Shown: in pieces, positions 8,208-17,823 of the stretch
Layout of the letters: each line of letters begins with the position of its first letter
Position numbering within the stretch: the first letter of the stretch is position 1
Source: Elusimicrobiota bacterium
GTDB taxonomy: Bacteria; Elusimicrobiota; Elusimicrobia; Elusimicrobiales; UBA9959
DNA length: 64,000 nt
Direction: 5' to 3'
Assembly: GCA_036574205.1 (NCBI GenBank)
Contig: JAINCQ010000040.1
Coordinates: 45,428-109,427 of the forward strand
Position numbers and translations under genes: made by a program
Notes under the pieces: model-generated
What the model saw: the letters and a program-made list of their open reading frames with translations, nothing else
Databases searched by the model: none
Told to the model about the DNA's origin: nothing

Positions 8208-9683
8208 CTAACTTTTTTTTGGGAAAAGAGGAGGAATTTTTTCTGATTTTTGTTCGCTACCTCTGGCATCTCCAATAGCAAGATACATATTCATTCTCGC
8301 TGATGTATCAGGCATAAACGGATAAATCCATCTTGAAATAAGTCTCAGACACCATACTGTTTCATTAAGAAACTTTCTTAAGCCCTCAAGATTATCCTTA
8401 GCCATATCCCATGGCTTTTTATCTCCAATCTCCCTATTTACTATAGCGATTGCCTTCCATATATTATCAAGAGCAACTGAAAATTGAAGAGACTCTATAC
8501 TTTCGTAAATATCTTTTTGCATATCAAGAAGTCTTGAAAAAAGTTCGGATTCTTCGGGTTTTTCAGGCATAACATTATCAAGATATTTTTTAATCATATT
8601 AATAACTCTTGAAAATAAGTTTCCAAGTCCATTAGCGAGATCAGCATTATATCTTACCTTAAGCATTTGTGTTGAAAAATCTCCATCCTGTCCAAAAGGG
8701 ACTTCCCTGAATATAAAATATCTGAAAACATCCACACCATACTCCTGAACTATATCTATAGGATTTATTATATTCCCTCTTGACTTAGACATCTTTTCAC
8801 CCTCTACAGTCCACCATCCATGCGAATAAACTTTTTTAGGAAGTGGAAGTCCTAAAGACATCAGCATAGCAGGCCATATTACACAATGAAACCTTGATAT
8901 TTCTTTGCCTATAAGATGGACATCGCATGGCCATAAACTTTTAAATACCTCATTGTTTTCATCTTCCGCTCTGTATCCCGCTCCAGTTATATAATTAAGC
9001 AAAGCATCAAACCAAACGTAAATTGTATGGCGACTATCACTTAAAACAGGTATTCCCCATTTAACCCTGGTTCTTGAAACAGATATATCCTTTAATCCAC
9101 TTTCCACAAACCTTAATATCTCAGGCGCTCTAAACGACGGGGATAAAAACTCTGGATTTTTATTATAATATTCAAGAAGTCTTTCCTGATATTTTGAAAG
9201 TTTAAAAAAATAAGTTTCTTCATTGACTTTTTCAACCGGTTTTTTATGTATAGGGCACATACCGTTAATAAGTTCAGATTCATCATAAAAGTTTTCACAT
9301 GAACTACAATAAAGCCCATCATATTCACCTTTATATATATCCCCGTTTGCTATCATCTTCTCAAATATAACCTGAACCTGTCTAACATGATTGTCATCAG
9401 TAGTTCTTATAAAATAATCATATTCTATATGAAGGCTGTGCCACATATCTTTAAATTCGCCAACTATGATATCAGCCCATTCCTTTGGCGATTTTAAATT
9501 TTCCCTTGCAACTCTCTCTATATTTATCCCATGTTCATCCGTACCAGTTTGAAGGTAAACCTCTTTGCCTGTGGCTTTTAAATGTCTTTTAAGCACATCG
9601 GCAGCAAGTGTGGTATAGGCATGTCCTATATGCGGCTTTGAATTAACATAATAAAGCGGAGTGGATATATAATATTTTTTCAT
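8208..9683 (-). CDS. metG: Methionine--tRNA ligase (short form, no C-terminal tRNA-binding domain)
   Basis: YYVN..PHIGHAY, GTDEHG, CSSC..CPIH knuckle, YVWFDAL, KMSKS. Confidence 0.97.
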   Translation of the reverse strand: MKKYYISTPLYYVNSKPHIGHAYTTLAADVLKRHLKATGKEVYLQTGTDEHGINIERVARENLKSPKEWADIIVGEFKDMWHSLHIEYDYFIRTTDDNHVRQVQVIFEKMIANGDIYKGEYDGLYCSSCENFYDESELINGMCPIHKKPVEKVNEETYFFKLSKYQERLLEYYNKNPEFLSPSFRAPEILRFVESGLKDISVSRTRVKWGIPVLSDSRHTIYVWFDALLNYITGAGYRAEDENNEVFKSLWPCDVHLIGKEISRFHCVIWPAMLMSLGLPLPKKVYSHGWWTVEGEKMSKSRGNIINPIDIVQEYGVDVFRYFIFREVPFGQDGDFSTQMLKVRYNADLANGLGNLFSRVINMIKKYLDNVMPEKPEESELFSRLLDMQKDIYESIESLQFSVALDNIWKAIAIVNREIGDKKPWDMAKDNLEGLRKFLNETVWCLRLISRWIYPFMPDTSARMNMYLAIGDARGSEQKSEKIPPLFPKKS

Positions 9684-10663
9684 AAAACAACTCCCTTAAT
9701 AAAATAGTTAAAATTTTTGAGAAATTTGTAAATAACAACCGTTAATATAATCTTTGTGTTTACGTTTCTTTTAATATACTCTTTATATTTAAAATTTTCT
9801 CTCAAAAGCTCAAGAATCTGTTCCATCCCTGCATTCCCCTCTCCAATTTTAAGATATAAATAAGCATTTATAAAATTAATAACAAGATTTGCAAATTCTC
9901 TGAAATCCCCTCTTTTTGAAAGCTTTGAAACAATTAAAAAAGGGGATAAAGAGCGGTAAATAGAAACTTCACTAAAAATACTTAATATTTCATCATATTT
10001 TAAAGCAATAGAAACCGAACCTTCGCTTAACTTAGCTAATAACTCAGCTCTTTTAAACTCGTAATTTTTAGATATAAGGATATCCATCACATCCTGCTCT
10101 CTCAATTTTTTAAACATTATTTTATAGCATCTGGAAAGAACAGTTGGAAGTAGTAAATTTGGATTTGATGAAACAAGCAATATAACAGTATTTTGCGGTG
10201 GTTCCTCAAGAGTTTTAAGCATAGAATTCTGGGCATCAATAGTCATCTTATCAGCCGTATCTATAATTATAACCTTCCTTTGACAAAAGGAAGGGCTTAA
10301 ATTTGAAAACTTTATAACCTCACGCAATGTATCTATCTTTAAACTTTTTTGATCCTCAATTTTCTCATTCAAAAGCGCAGCCTGATATCCCATATTAACA
10401 AGCAAAAAGTCTGGATGAATACCTTTATCAAACATATTTTCGCATTCTGATTTTTTATCCTCATCGGCTATTGCGCCAAACAAATTAGAATCTCCGCCGC
10501 AATATTTTAAAAGTATCTCTCTGGCAAACTCTTTTGCGACCATAAGTTTCCCAATCCCATCTTTGCCGTAAAAAATGATAGTTGAGGGAATTTCACCCAA
10601 ATCAATCATTTGTTTTAGTTTTTCAATAATGTTTCTATGACCCTTTATAAATTCAAAAGACAT
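9680..10663 (-). CDS. holB: DNA polymerase III subunit delta'
   Basis: GKDGIGK, HPDF, AQNSMLKTLEEPP, LLPTVLSRC; tmk-holB-metG order. Confidence 0.9.
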   Translation of the reverse strand: MSFEFIKGHRNIIEKLKQMIDLGEIPSTIIFYGKDGIGKLMVAKEFAREILLKYCGGDSNLFGAIADEDKKSECENMFDKGIHPDFLLVNMGYQAALLNEKIEDQKSLKIDTLREVIKFSNLSPSFCQRKVIIIDTADKMTIDAQNSMLKTLEEPPQNTVILLVSSNPNLLLPTVLSRCYKIMFKKLREQDVMDILISKNYEFKRAELLAKLSEGSVSIALKYDEILSIFSEVSIYRSLSPFLIVSKLSKRGDFREFANLVINFINAYLYLKIGEGNAGMEQILELLRENFKYKEYIKRNVNTKIILTVVIYKFLKNFNYFIKGVVL

Positions 10664-11292
10664 TTTACCTTCTTCAAAACAACCTTTCCAATATACTCAC
10701 TTATCTTGTGTATTGGCTTTGACGCATCAATAAGTACAATATCTCTGGTTTTACTGAAAATTTTAGAATAACCCATATTAACCCTTCTTCTAAAATCCTC
10801 ATCTTCCTGTTCAATCCTATCGTTATCCCCTCTATTTCTTTTTTCATATTCTTCATCCGATATCTTAAAACCTACAATAATATCAGGTTTAAGGCCTAAA
10901 GTTGCTATATCGTTTAAATCTTTAACCAATTTCAATTCTATCTTCCTTCCATACCCCTGATATGCCATAGTAGCAATAGTAAATCTGTCGCAGATAACTA
11001 TATACCCCTTGTCAATGGCAGGCTTTATTTTTTCAAAAACATGCTGCGCTCTTGAAGCCTCATAGAGCAAAAGTTCAGTTAATGGAAATATTTTATTTGA
11101 AGGATCCAGCAATATTTCCCGTATTTTTTCCCCTACATCTGTGCCACCAGGTTCTCTTGTCATTAAAACTTTAAATCCACTTTTTTTTAAAAAATCACAC
11201 AACAACTTAGCCTGAGTAGTTTTTCCACTTCTATCAGGTCCTTCAAAAAGTATAAATACACCCTTTTTTTTACCTCCATTAACTTTTTTCAT
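10645..11292 (-). CDS. tmk: Thymidylate kinase
   Basis: FEGPDRSGKTTQ, TREPGGT, CDRF..ATMAYQG. Confidence 0.96.
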   Translation of the reverse strand: MKKVNGGKKKGVFILFEGPDRSGKTTQAKLLCDFLKKSGFKVLMTREPGGTDVGEKIREILLDPSNKIFPLTELLLYEASRAQHVFEKIKPAIDKGYIVICDRFTIATMAYQGYGRKIELKLVKDLNDIATLGLKPDIIVGFKISDEEYEKRNRGDNDRIEQEDEDFRRRVNMGYSKIFSKTRDIVLIDASKPIHKISEYIGKVVLKKVKCLLNL

Positions 11293-11350
11293 AGAATAAT
11301 ATTTTATAAAATTTAATTATAATATAAATTAAACTTATCAAGGAGATGAA

Positions 11351-11806
11351 ATGCCAATTGAAAAAACTCTTTTACTAATAAAACCGGATGCTGCTAAAAG
11401 AAAACTGACAGGACTTATAATAGACAGACTTGAAAACTCAGGTTTTGAAATGGTAGCTGCAAAACTTGTAAAGGTAAGCGATTCCTTAGCAAGAAAACAT
11501 TATGAAGCATTAAAAGATCAGCCATTTTTTGAAAACCTCATAAAATACATAAAAGGAGAATTTCATAACATACCTAATAATAAAATACTTGCTCTTGTAT
11601 ATAAGGGAGAAAATGTTGTAGCGGAAATGAGAAAGATTGTTGGAAAAACAAACCCGGAAGAAGCCGACCCAACTACAATAAGAGGGTCATTTGGAAGGAT
11701 AACAACAAATGGACAATTTGAAAATGTTATACATGCAAGTGGAAATACTGAAGATGCTGAGAGAGAAATAAAATTATGGTTTAAGCCGGAAGAAATAATA
11801 GAATGA
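11351..11806 (+). CDS. ndk: Nucleoside diphosphate kinase
   Basis: TLLLIKPDA, GKTNPEEA.PTTIRG, NVIHAS (catalytic His); AGGAG RBS. Confidence 0.95.
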   Translation: MPIEKTLLLIKPDAAKRKLTGLIIDRLENSGFEMVAAKLVKVSDSLARKHYEALKDQPFFENLIKYIKGEFHNIPNNKILALVYKGENVVAEMRKIVGKTNPEEADPTTIRGSFGRITTNGQFENVIHASGNTEDAEREIKLWFKPEEIIE

Positions 11807-12672
11807 AAAAAAACATTTTCTTGTGTTTTTTGCTTTTTGTATTTTCATGCTTTTTGTTTTCACAGGAAAGTGTATTTCTTGAAACAGATGACGGATGGAA
11901 AATACATGCTAAATTTGTAAAACCAAAAAAAGATTTTATCCCAACGCTTTTATTAATACATTCTCAGAAATCAAATCATACTGAATGGAAGAAGTGGTTT
12001 GGGGATATAGAAAAATACGGATTTGGCTGGATGGCATTAGATTTAAGAGGGCATGGAATTTCAACATATAAAACTGATGGAAGCACTCAAAGCTATCTGT
12101 CCTTTTCTATCTCTGATTTCAGTAATGATTATAATAAAATGATAAGGGATATAGATTCTGCTGTAATATATCTTTCTTCTATGGGAATAACAGAGGATAA
12201 AATAATCCTGGTCGGTTCAAACTTAGGGGCAAATTTAGCTATGAAATATGCTGCAATAAATAAAAATATATATGCTGCAGTAGTTATAAACCCTTCTACC
12301 AATATAAATGATGTTTTAACAGTTAACCCGGCAAGGCTTTACGGAGAAAGACCTATTTTGTTTGTAACATCACAAAATAATAGAAGGAAAATGGGAGAAG
12401 GGCTTATACTTTATGAAATAACAAAGAAAAAAACAGGTTTTGAAAATACTTTTTTAATTGTTGAATATGCATTTAAGTCTGCTGATGATATCTCAAAATC
12501 AGGAATATACAAAATTTTAAACTGGATAAAAAATCCAGTTATGCCAAAAATTATAGAGATTGACGATATTTTAATATCGTCCCAAACAGTTATTGATACA
12601 ATTACTGCATCTTCGCCATATATTATATTAAATGATGATGAAGAAAAGGAGAATAAAAAAAAGAATGAATAA
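11803..12672 (+). CDS. Exported alpha/beta hydrolase-fold protein with an atypical nucleophile elbow
   Basis: Signal peptide; LLLIH, ALDLRGHG, LVGSNLGAN (Asn at the GxSxG Ser position). Confidence 0.75.
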   Translation: MKKNIFLCFLLFVFSCFLFSQESVFLETDDGWKIHAKFVKPKKDFIPTLLLIHSQKSNHTEWKKWFGDIEKYGFGWMALDLRGHGISTYKTDGSTQSYLSFSISDFSNDYNKMIRDIDSAVIYLSSMGITEDKIILVGSNLGANLAMKYAAINKNIYAAVVINPSTNINDVLTVNPARLYGERPILFVTSQNNRRKMGEGLILYEITKKKTGFENTFLIVEYAFKSADDISKSGIYKILNWIKNPVMPKIIEIDDILISSQTVIDTITASSPYIILNDDEEKENKKKNE

Positions 12673-13573
12673 AAAAGAGGATAATTTTTTAATTTATTCC
12701 AGACTTCCAACTGAAAAAATAAATAAGAACACGTTTAATATAGATAGAATTGATATTTTAAGTGTTGTGAAAAAATTAAATGATGAAGATAAAAAAATCC
12801 CATTAGCAATTTCAAAAAAGCTAAAAGAAATAGCAAAAGCGGCACAAATCGTTTCTGATGCTTTTTTAAATGGTAAAAAAACTTTATTTATTGGCGCAGG
12901 CACAAGCGGGAGACTTGGAGTTTTAGAGGCGGTAGAATTAGTTCCAACATATGGAGTTAATTCAAACAGATTTATACCCATAATAGCTGGTGGGAAAACT
13001 GCTATGTTTAAAGCTAAAGAAGGTGCTGAAGATTTATATATAAATGGGAAGAAAGAGATTAAAAAAATCGGCAAAGAAGGTGATATATTGATAGCTATTG
13101 CAGCAAGCGGCATAACCCCATATGTAAGAGGAGCAATAGATCAAGCTAAAGATCAAAAAATGAAAGTTATATTCATAACCTCAAACACAAAAATAGAAAC
13201 AAATAAAGCTGATATTACAATAGCAGTAGATGTAGGACCTGAGCCTATAAATGGATCCACACGAATGAAAAGTGGAACAGCAACCAAGCTTGTTTTAAAC
13301 ATGATTACCACCTCCGCAATGGTATTATCAGGAAAGGTATATCACAACTGGATGGTGGATTTAAAACCAACAAATTATAAATTAATTTTAAGAGCCCAGA
13401 GAATCTTTTGCGAGATAACTGGCAAGGATATAAAAACAGCAAAAAAAATTTTAAAGGAAACAAATTACGATTTAAAAACGGCAATTGTTATGGCTGTTAA
13501 GGGAATTTCACAAAAAGAAGCCAAAAAACTTATAAATGACAACAACGGTTTTTTAAAGAATATTATTGGATAA
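12665..13573 (+). CDS. murQ: N-acetylmuramic acid 6-phosphate etherase
   Basis: GAGTSGRLG, EGAED, AASGITPYV, GPE.INGSTRMKSGTA.KLVLNM; likely start ATG 12665. Confidence 0.95.
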   Translation: MNKKEDNFLIYSRLPTEKINKNTFNIDRIDILSVVKKLNDEDKKIPLAISKKLKEIAKAAQIVSDAFLNGKKTLFIGAGTSGRLGVLEAVELVPTYGVNSNRFIPIIAGGKTAMFKAKEGAEDLYINGKKEIKKIGKEGDILIAIAASGITPYVRGAIDQAKDQKMKVIFITSNTKIETNKADITIAVDVGPEPINGSTRMKSGTATKLVLNMITTSAMVLSGKVYHNWMVDLKPTNYKLILRAQRIFCEITGKDIKTAKKILKETNYDLKTAIVMAVKGISQKEAKKLINDNNGFLKNIIG

Positions 13574-15553
13574 ATGAACTTTAACCTTATATCAAGATTC
13601 AAACCTAAAGGTGATCAACCCAAAGCAATACAAAAATTATTTGAAAATATAAAAAGCGGAGCAAGAAATCACACTCTTTTAGGTGTTACTGGAAGTGGTA
13701 AGACCTTTACAATGGCAAATCTAATAGCAAAGCTAAACAAACCCGCTCTGGTAATTTCTCCAAATAAAGTTCTTGCAGCGCAACTTTATTCTGAGTTTAA
13801 AACTTTTTTTCCTAACAATCATGTTGAATATTTTATATCTTACTACGATTATTACCAGCCTGAAGCATACATTCCACAAACAGACACCTATATAGAAAAA
13901 GATGCCTCAATAAATGAGCATATAGACAAACTTAGAATAAAAGCCACAACCTCAGTTTTAAATTTTTCAGATACTATTGTAGTAGCATCAGTATCGGCAA
14001 TTTATAATATTGGTTCTCCAAAGAACTTTGAAAGGTTTACTTTTTTAATAAAAAAAGGAGACGAATTTAATAGAAAAACATTCATAGAAAGACTTGTTGA
14101 GATGGGATACACAAGGAATGATAATAAATTTGAAAGATCAAGTTTCAGGATAAGAGGAAATATAATAGATATTTTTCCATCAGATTCAGATAACTTTATA
14201 AGATTAGAAACTTCAAGTGTGATAGAGAACATAATAGAGATGGACCCGCTGAACATAACTGAAAGAGCCCGACTTAATGAATATATAATTTCTCCAACCT
14301 CACATTTTATAACAGATTTTAACACTATAGAAATTGCTATAAAAAGCATACAAGAAGAACTCAATCAAAGATATAAAGAACTTATGAAGATGAAAAAAAC
14401 TTTATATGCTGAACGTTTAAAACAGAGAACAAACTATGATATAGAAATGTTAAGAACCACAGGCTTCTGTCATGGCATAGAAAATTACTCAAGACACATT
14501 ACACAAAGGCCTCCGGGAGCACGCCCAATATGTCTTATGGATTATTTTCCAGAAGATTACATATTATTTATAGACGAATCTCACATATCAATTCCTCAAA
14601 TCAGGGGAATGTATGAAGGGGATAGATCACGTAAGCAAACTCTTGTAGATTATGGCTTTAGACTTCCATCGGCTCTTGATAATAGACCTTTAAAATTTGA
14701 AGAATTTGAAAATATTAGACCTCAAACTATATTTGTCTCCGCAACACCAGGTCCATATGAGCTATCTATATCAGGCGAAAAAATAGTAGAGCAAATAATA
14801 AGGCCAACGGGACTTGTTGATCCAGAAATAAAAATAATGCCATATAATAACCAGATTAAATTTTTAATTGAAGAAATAAAAAAACAGATTGAAAAAAAAC
14901 AGAGAACACTTGTCCTAACCCTGACAAAAAAAATTAGCGAAGATCTTTCAAATTTTTTTAACCAGAATAAAATAAAATCAAGCTATATACATTCTTCCAT
15001 GGATACCCTTGAAAGACTTGAGATAATAGAAAAATTCAGAAAAGGGGAATTTGATGTTCTTGTTGGAATAAACCTTTTAAGGGAGGGTATAGATATTCCA
15101 GAAGTTTCTCTTGTAGCAATACTAAATGCTGATGCCAGCGGTTATCTAAGAAGCAAGACAACTTTAATACAAATTTCAGGCAGAGCGGCAAGAAATAAAT
15201 GCGGAAGGGTTTTGTTATTTGCTGACACAATTACTGAAGCTATTAAAGAAGCAAAATCTGAGATGGATAGACGAAGAAAGATACAGATTGAATATAACAA
15301 AAAACATAAAATAACACCACAAACAATACAAAAAGAATTTATAACCTATGAGGAACTAAGAAAACAGAAAAATACAAAAACAATTAAAACCATTGAAGAG
15401 ATATACTCCAAAATAACCCCTGATAATCTAACTGAACTAATAAAAGAACTTGAAAGACAAATGAAAGAAGCAGCTGACAATTTGAACTTTGAGCTTGCAA
15501 TAGAGATTAGAGATAAAATAAAATTTCTAAAAGATATGCAGGCAAAACATTGA
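13574..15553 (+). CDS. uvrB: Excinuclease ABC subunit B
   Basis: GDQP.AI, LGVTGSGKT, YYDYYQPEAY, DESH, GFRLPSALDNRPL, C-terminal UVR domain. Confidence 0.98.
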   Translation: MNFNLISRFKPKGDQPKAIQKLFENIKSGARNHTLLGVTGSGKTFTMANLIAKLNKPALVISPNKVLAAQLYSEFKTFFPNNHVEYFISYYDYYQPEAYIPQTDTYIEKDASINEHIDKLRIKATTSVLNFSDTIVVASVSAIYNIGSPKNFERFTFLIKKGDEFNRKTFIERLVEMGYTRNDNKFERSSFRIRGNIIDIFPSDSDNFIRLETSSVIENIIEMDPLNITERARLNEYIISPTSHFITDFNTIEIAIKSIQEELNQRYKELMKMKKTLYAERLKQRTNYDIEMLRTTGFCHGIENYSRHITQRPPGARPICLMDYFPEDYILFIDESHISIPQIRGMYEGDRSRKQTLVDYGFRLPSALDNRPLKFEEFENIRPQTIFVSATPGPYELSISGEKIVEQIIRPTGLVDPEIKIMPYNNQIKFLIEEIKKQIEKKQRTLVLTLTKKISEDLSNFFNQNKIKSSYIHSSMDTLERLEIIEKFRKGEFDVLVGINLLREGIDIPEVSLVAILNADASGYLRSKTTLIQISGRAARNKCGRVLLFADTITEAIKEAKSEMDRRRKIQIEYNKKHKITPQTIQKEFITYEELRKQKNTKTIKTIEEIYSKITPDNLTELIKELERQMKEAADNLNFELAIEIRDKIKFLKDMQAKH

Positions 15554-15573
15554 TAGTTTTATATAATTTACTT

Positions 15574-16419
15574 ATGAAACAAATAGAAAAAATAATAAAA
15601 AGCGCATTAAGGGAAGATATTAATGGCGGGGATATTACAACAATGTTTTTTATTGATAAAAAATCTTTATTTAAGGGTGTTATGATAGCAAAATCAAATA
15701 TGATTTTATGCGGCACAGATTTTGCTATAACCTGTTTTAGGCTTCTAAATAATAATTTAAAAGTTAAAAAATTAAAGAATGATGGCGATTTCGTTAAAAA
15801 GAAAGAAATTATAATGGAGATAATCTCAGATAGAAGTATTTTAAGCGCCGAAAGAACTGCTTTAAATATAGTTCAGAGATTAAGCGGGATAGCATCAAAG
15901 ACTCATAACTTTGTTAAAATAGCAGAAAAATATGGTGTTAGTATATTTGATACAAGGAAAACGACACCCAATCTAAGAATAATGGAAAAATATGCTGTAA
16001 ACTGCGGTGGAGGAGTTAATCATAGATTTGGACTTTTTGATGCATTTATGATAAAAGATAATCATATAAAGGCTTTTAATAATTTAAATGAGATAGAAAA
16101 AAAAATTAAAATTGCAAGAAAAAAACATCCTGAAAAAGAGATTGAGATAGAAGCGCAAAATATAAAACAGGCAAGTAATTTTGCAGATCTTGATATTGAT
16201 GTTATAATGTTAGATAACATAAAACTCAAAGATGCAAAAAAAGCCATTGAAATCATAAGAAAAAAGAGAAAAGACATTGAAATTGAAATATCTGGCGGAA
16301 TAACTGAAAAAAATTTTGTGGATTACCTTAAATTGAAACCGGATAGAATCTCAATCGGCGCTCTTACTCACTCATATGACTCCGCAGATATATCTCTTGA
16401 AATTGAGAAAATAAGATGA
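15574..16419 (+). CDS. nadC: Nicotinate-nucleotide diphosphorylase (quinolinate phosphoribosyltransferase)
   Basis: EDINGGDITT, ERTALN, DTRKTTP, HRFGL.D..MIKDNH, IMLDN, EISGG. Confidence 0.96.
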   Translation: MKQIEKIIKSALREDINGGDITTMFFIDKKSLFKGVMIAKSNMILCGTDFAITCFRLLNNNLKVKKLKNDGDFVKKKEIIMEIISDRSILSAERTALNIVQRLSGIASKTHNFVKIAEKYGVSIFDTRKTTPNLRIMEKYAVNCGGGVNHRFGLFDAFMIKDNHIKAFNNLNEIEKKIKIARKKHPEKEIEIEAQNIKQASNFADLDIDVIMLDNIKLKDAKKAIEIIRKKRKDIEIEISGGITEKNFVDYLKLKPDRISIGALTHSYDSADISLEIEKIR

Positions 16420-16982
16420 ACTTATGTGGGATAAATTTTTTAGTCGTTCTTAATAAGATTGACTCTACGCAAACACTGGCAAAAAAATTAATTAACAATA
16501 GTCAGATTCAAAAAAAAGATAAAATATTAATAATTTCAAAAACTCAATATGCTGGAAGAGGACAAAAAGATAACAAATGGTCAAGTGAATATGGAGGACT
16601 TTATTTTTCTTTTATTACCAGAACAGGTGAAAAAAATATAAAAGATATCCAGAAATTATCATTAATCACAGCAAAAGCGATAAAAGATACAATAGAAAAA
16701 ATTTATAATATAAAATGTTTTATAAAGCATCCAAATGATATTTATGTCAATCAAAACAATAAAAAGATATCAGGGATATTAATTGAAACAATTCCATATG
16801 GTAAGATAAGATATATAATTACTGGCATAGGAGTTAACTTCCATAACAAAATCCCACAAGAACTAAAAAATACCGCCACAACAATATATGAGATTACAAA
16901 AAGAAAAAATAATCAGGAGCTATTTCTTAAAGATTTTTTTTCTAAATACTTTAAATTGACAGATTTTTTATATGAACCATAA
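16416..16982 (+). CDS. birA: Biotin--protein ligase without an HTH domain
   Basis: DSTQ, QYAGRGQ...WSS, KHPNDI, KISGILIE, GIGVN. Confidence 0.88.
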   Translation: MNLCGINFLVVLNKIDSTQTLAKKLINNSQIQKKDKILIISKTQYAGRGQKDNKWSSEYGGLYFSFITRTGEKNIKDIQKLSLITAKAIKDTIEKIYNIKCFIKHPNDIYVNQNNKKISGILIETIPYGKIRYIITGIGVNFHNKIPQELKNTATTIYEITKRKNNQELFLKDFFSKYFKLTDFLYEP

Positions 16983-17811
16983 AATAGCAGAAATTTCAAA
17001 AGAACTTAATATTACAGATTTTGCGATAATATCATATGAAAGCCTTAAAAAAGCAATAAAATATCCATATGAAATATTAAAGGGATATCCTCCTGAAATA
17101 AAAAAATACTTAGAGGAAGAAAATGTTGATTTAAAAAATTTTTTCCCTGAGGTTAAATCTGTAATAGTCTGTATCTTTCAATACTGGAACAGTAAAAAAA
17201 GTTATGAGTCTGAAATTAAGAAAATAAATGATATAAATCTTTTTCTAAATCAAAGAAAGGGAAAAATAGAAAATCCCCAATTAATAAAGAATAGAAAGTT
17301 TAAAATATCAAGATATGCTCTTGTGGATGAATATCATAAAAAAATAAAAGAAACACTTAAAAATATGATTGATAAAATTAAAACTATAAATCCAGAAACT
17401 AAAGGCAAAATATTTGTGGATAGTTCAGGGATATTTGAAAAACAAATTGCTGCTGCATCAAACCTTGGATTTTATGGAAGAAACACAGTTTTAATAAATC
17501 CTGTATATGGAAGTTATTTTTTTATAGGTGGAATTGCATTAAATATAAAATTGGATGAAATGATACCCTCCAAAAAAGAAAATTTACTGTGCAATAGTTG
17601 TAGATTGTGTGAAGAAAGATGTCCCACAAAGGCGTTGAAGGATTTTAAAATAGATCCCTCAAAATGCATTTCATACTGGACAACTCATCCGGGAAAACAC
17701 AAAATCCCGGATAATTTAATGAAAACATCTGAATATATTTTTGGATGTGACATATGCCAGGAATGCTGTCCATATAATCAAAACATCCCAAAAGCAAAAA
17801 GTATTTTCTAA
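16972..17811 (+). CDS. queG: Epoxyqueuosine reductase (two 4Fe-4S clusters)
   Basis: ISRYA..DEYH, FVDS, GFYGRN..LI...GSYFF, CNSCRLCEERCPT, CISYWT, FGCDICQECCP. Confidence 0.9.
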   Translation: MNHKIAEISKELNITDFAIISYESLKKAIKYPYEILKGYPPEIKKYLEEENVDLKNFFPEVKSVIVCIFQYWNSKKSYESEIKKINDINLFLNQRKGKIENPQLIKNRKFKISRYALVDEYHKKIKETLKNMIDKIKTINPETKGKIFVDSSGIFEKQIAAASNLGFYGRNTVLINPVYGSYFFIGGIALNIKLDEMIPSKKENLLCNSCRLCEERCPTKALKDFKIDPSKCISYWTTHPGKHKIPDNLMKTSEYIFGCDICQECCPYNQNIPKAKSIF

Positions 17812-17823
17812 TGAATTTTAAAT

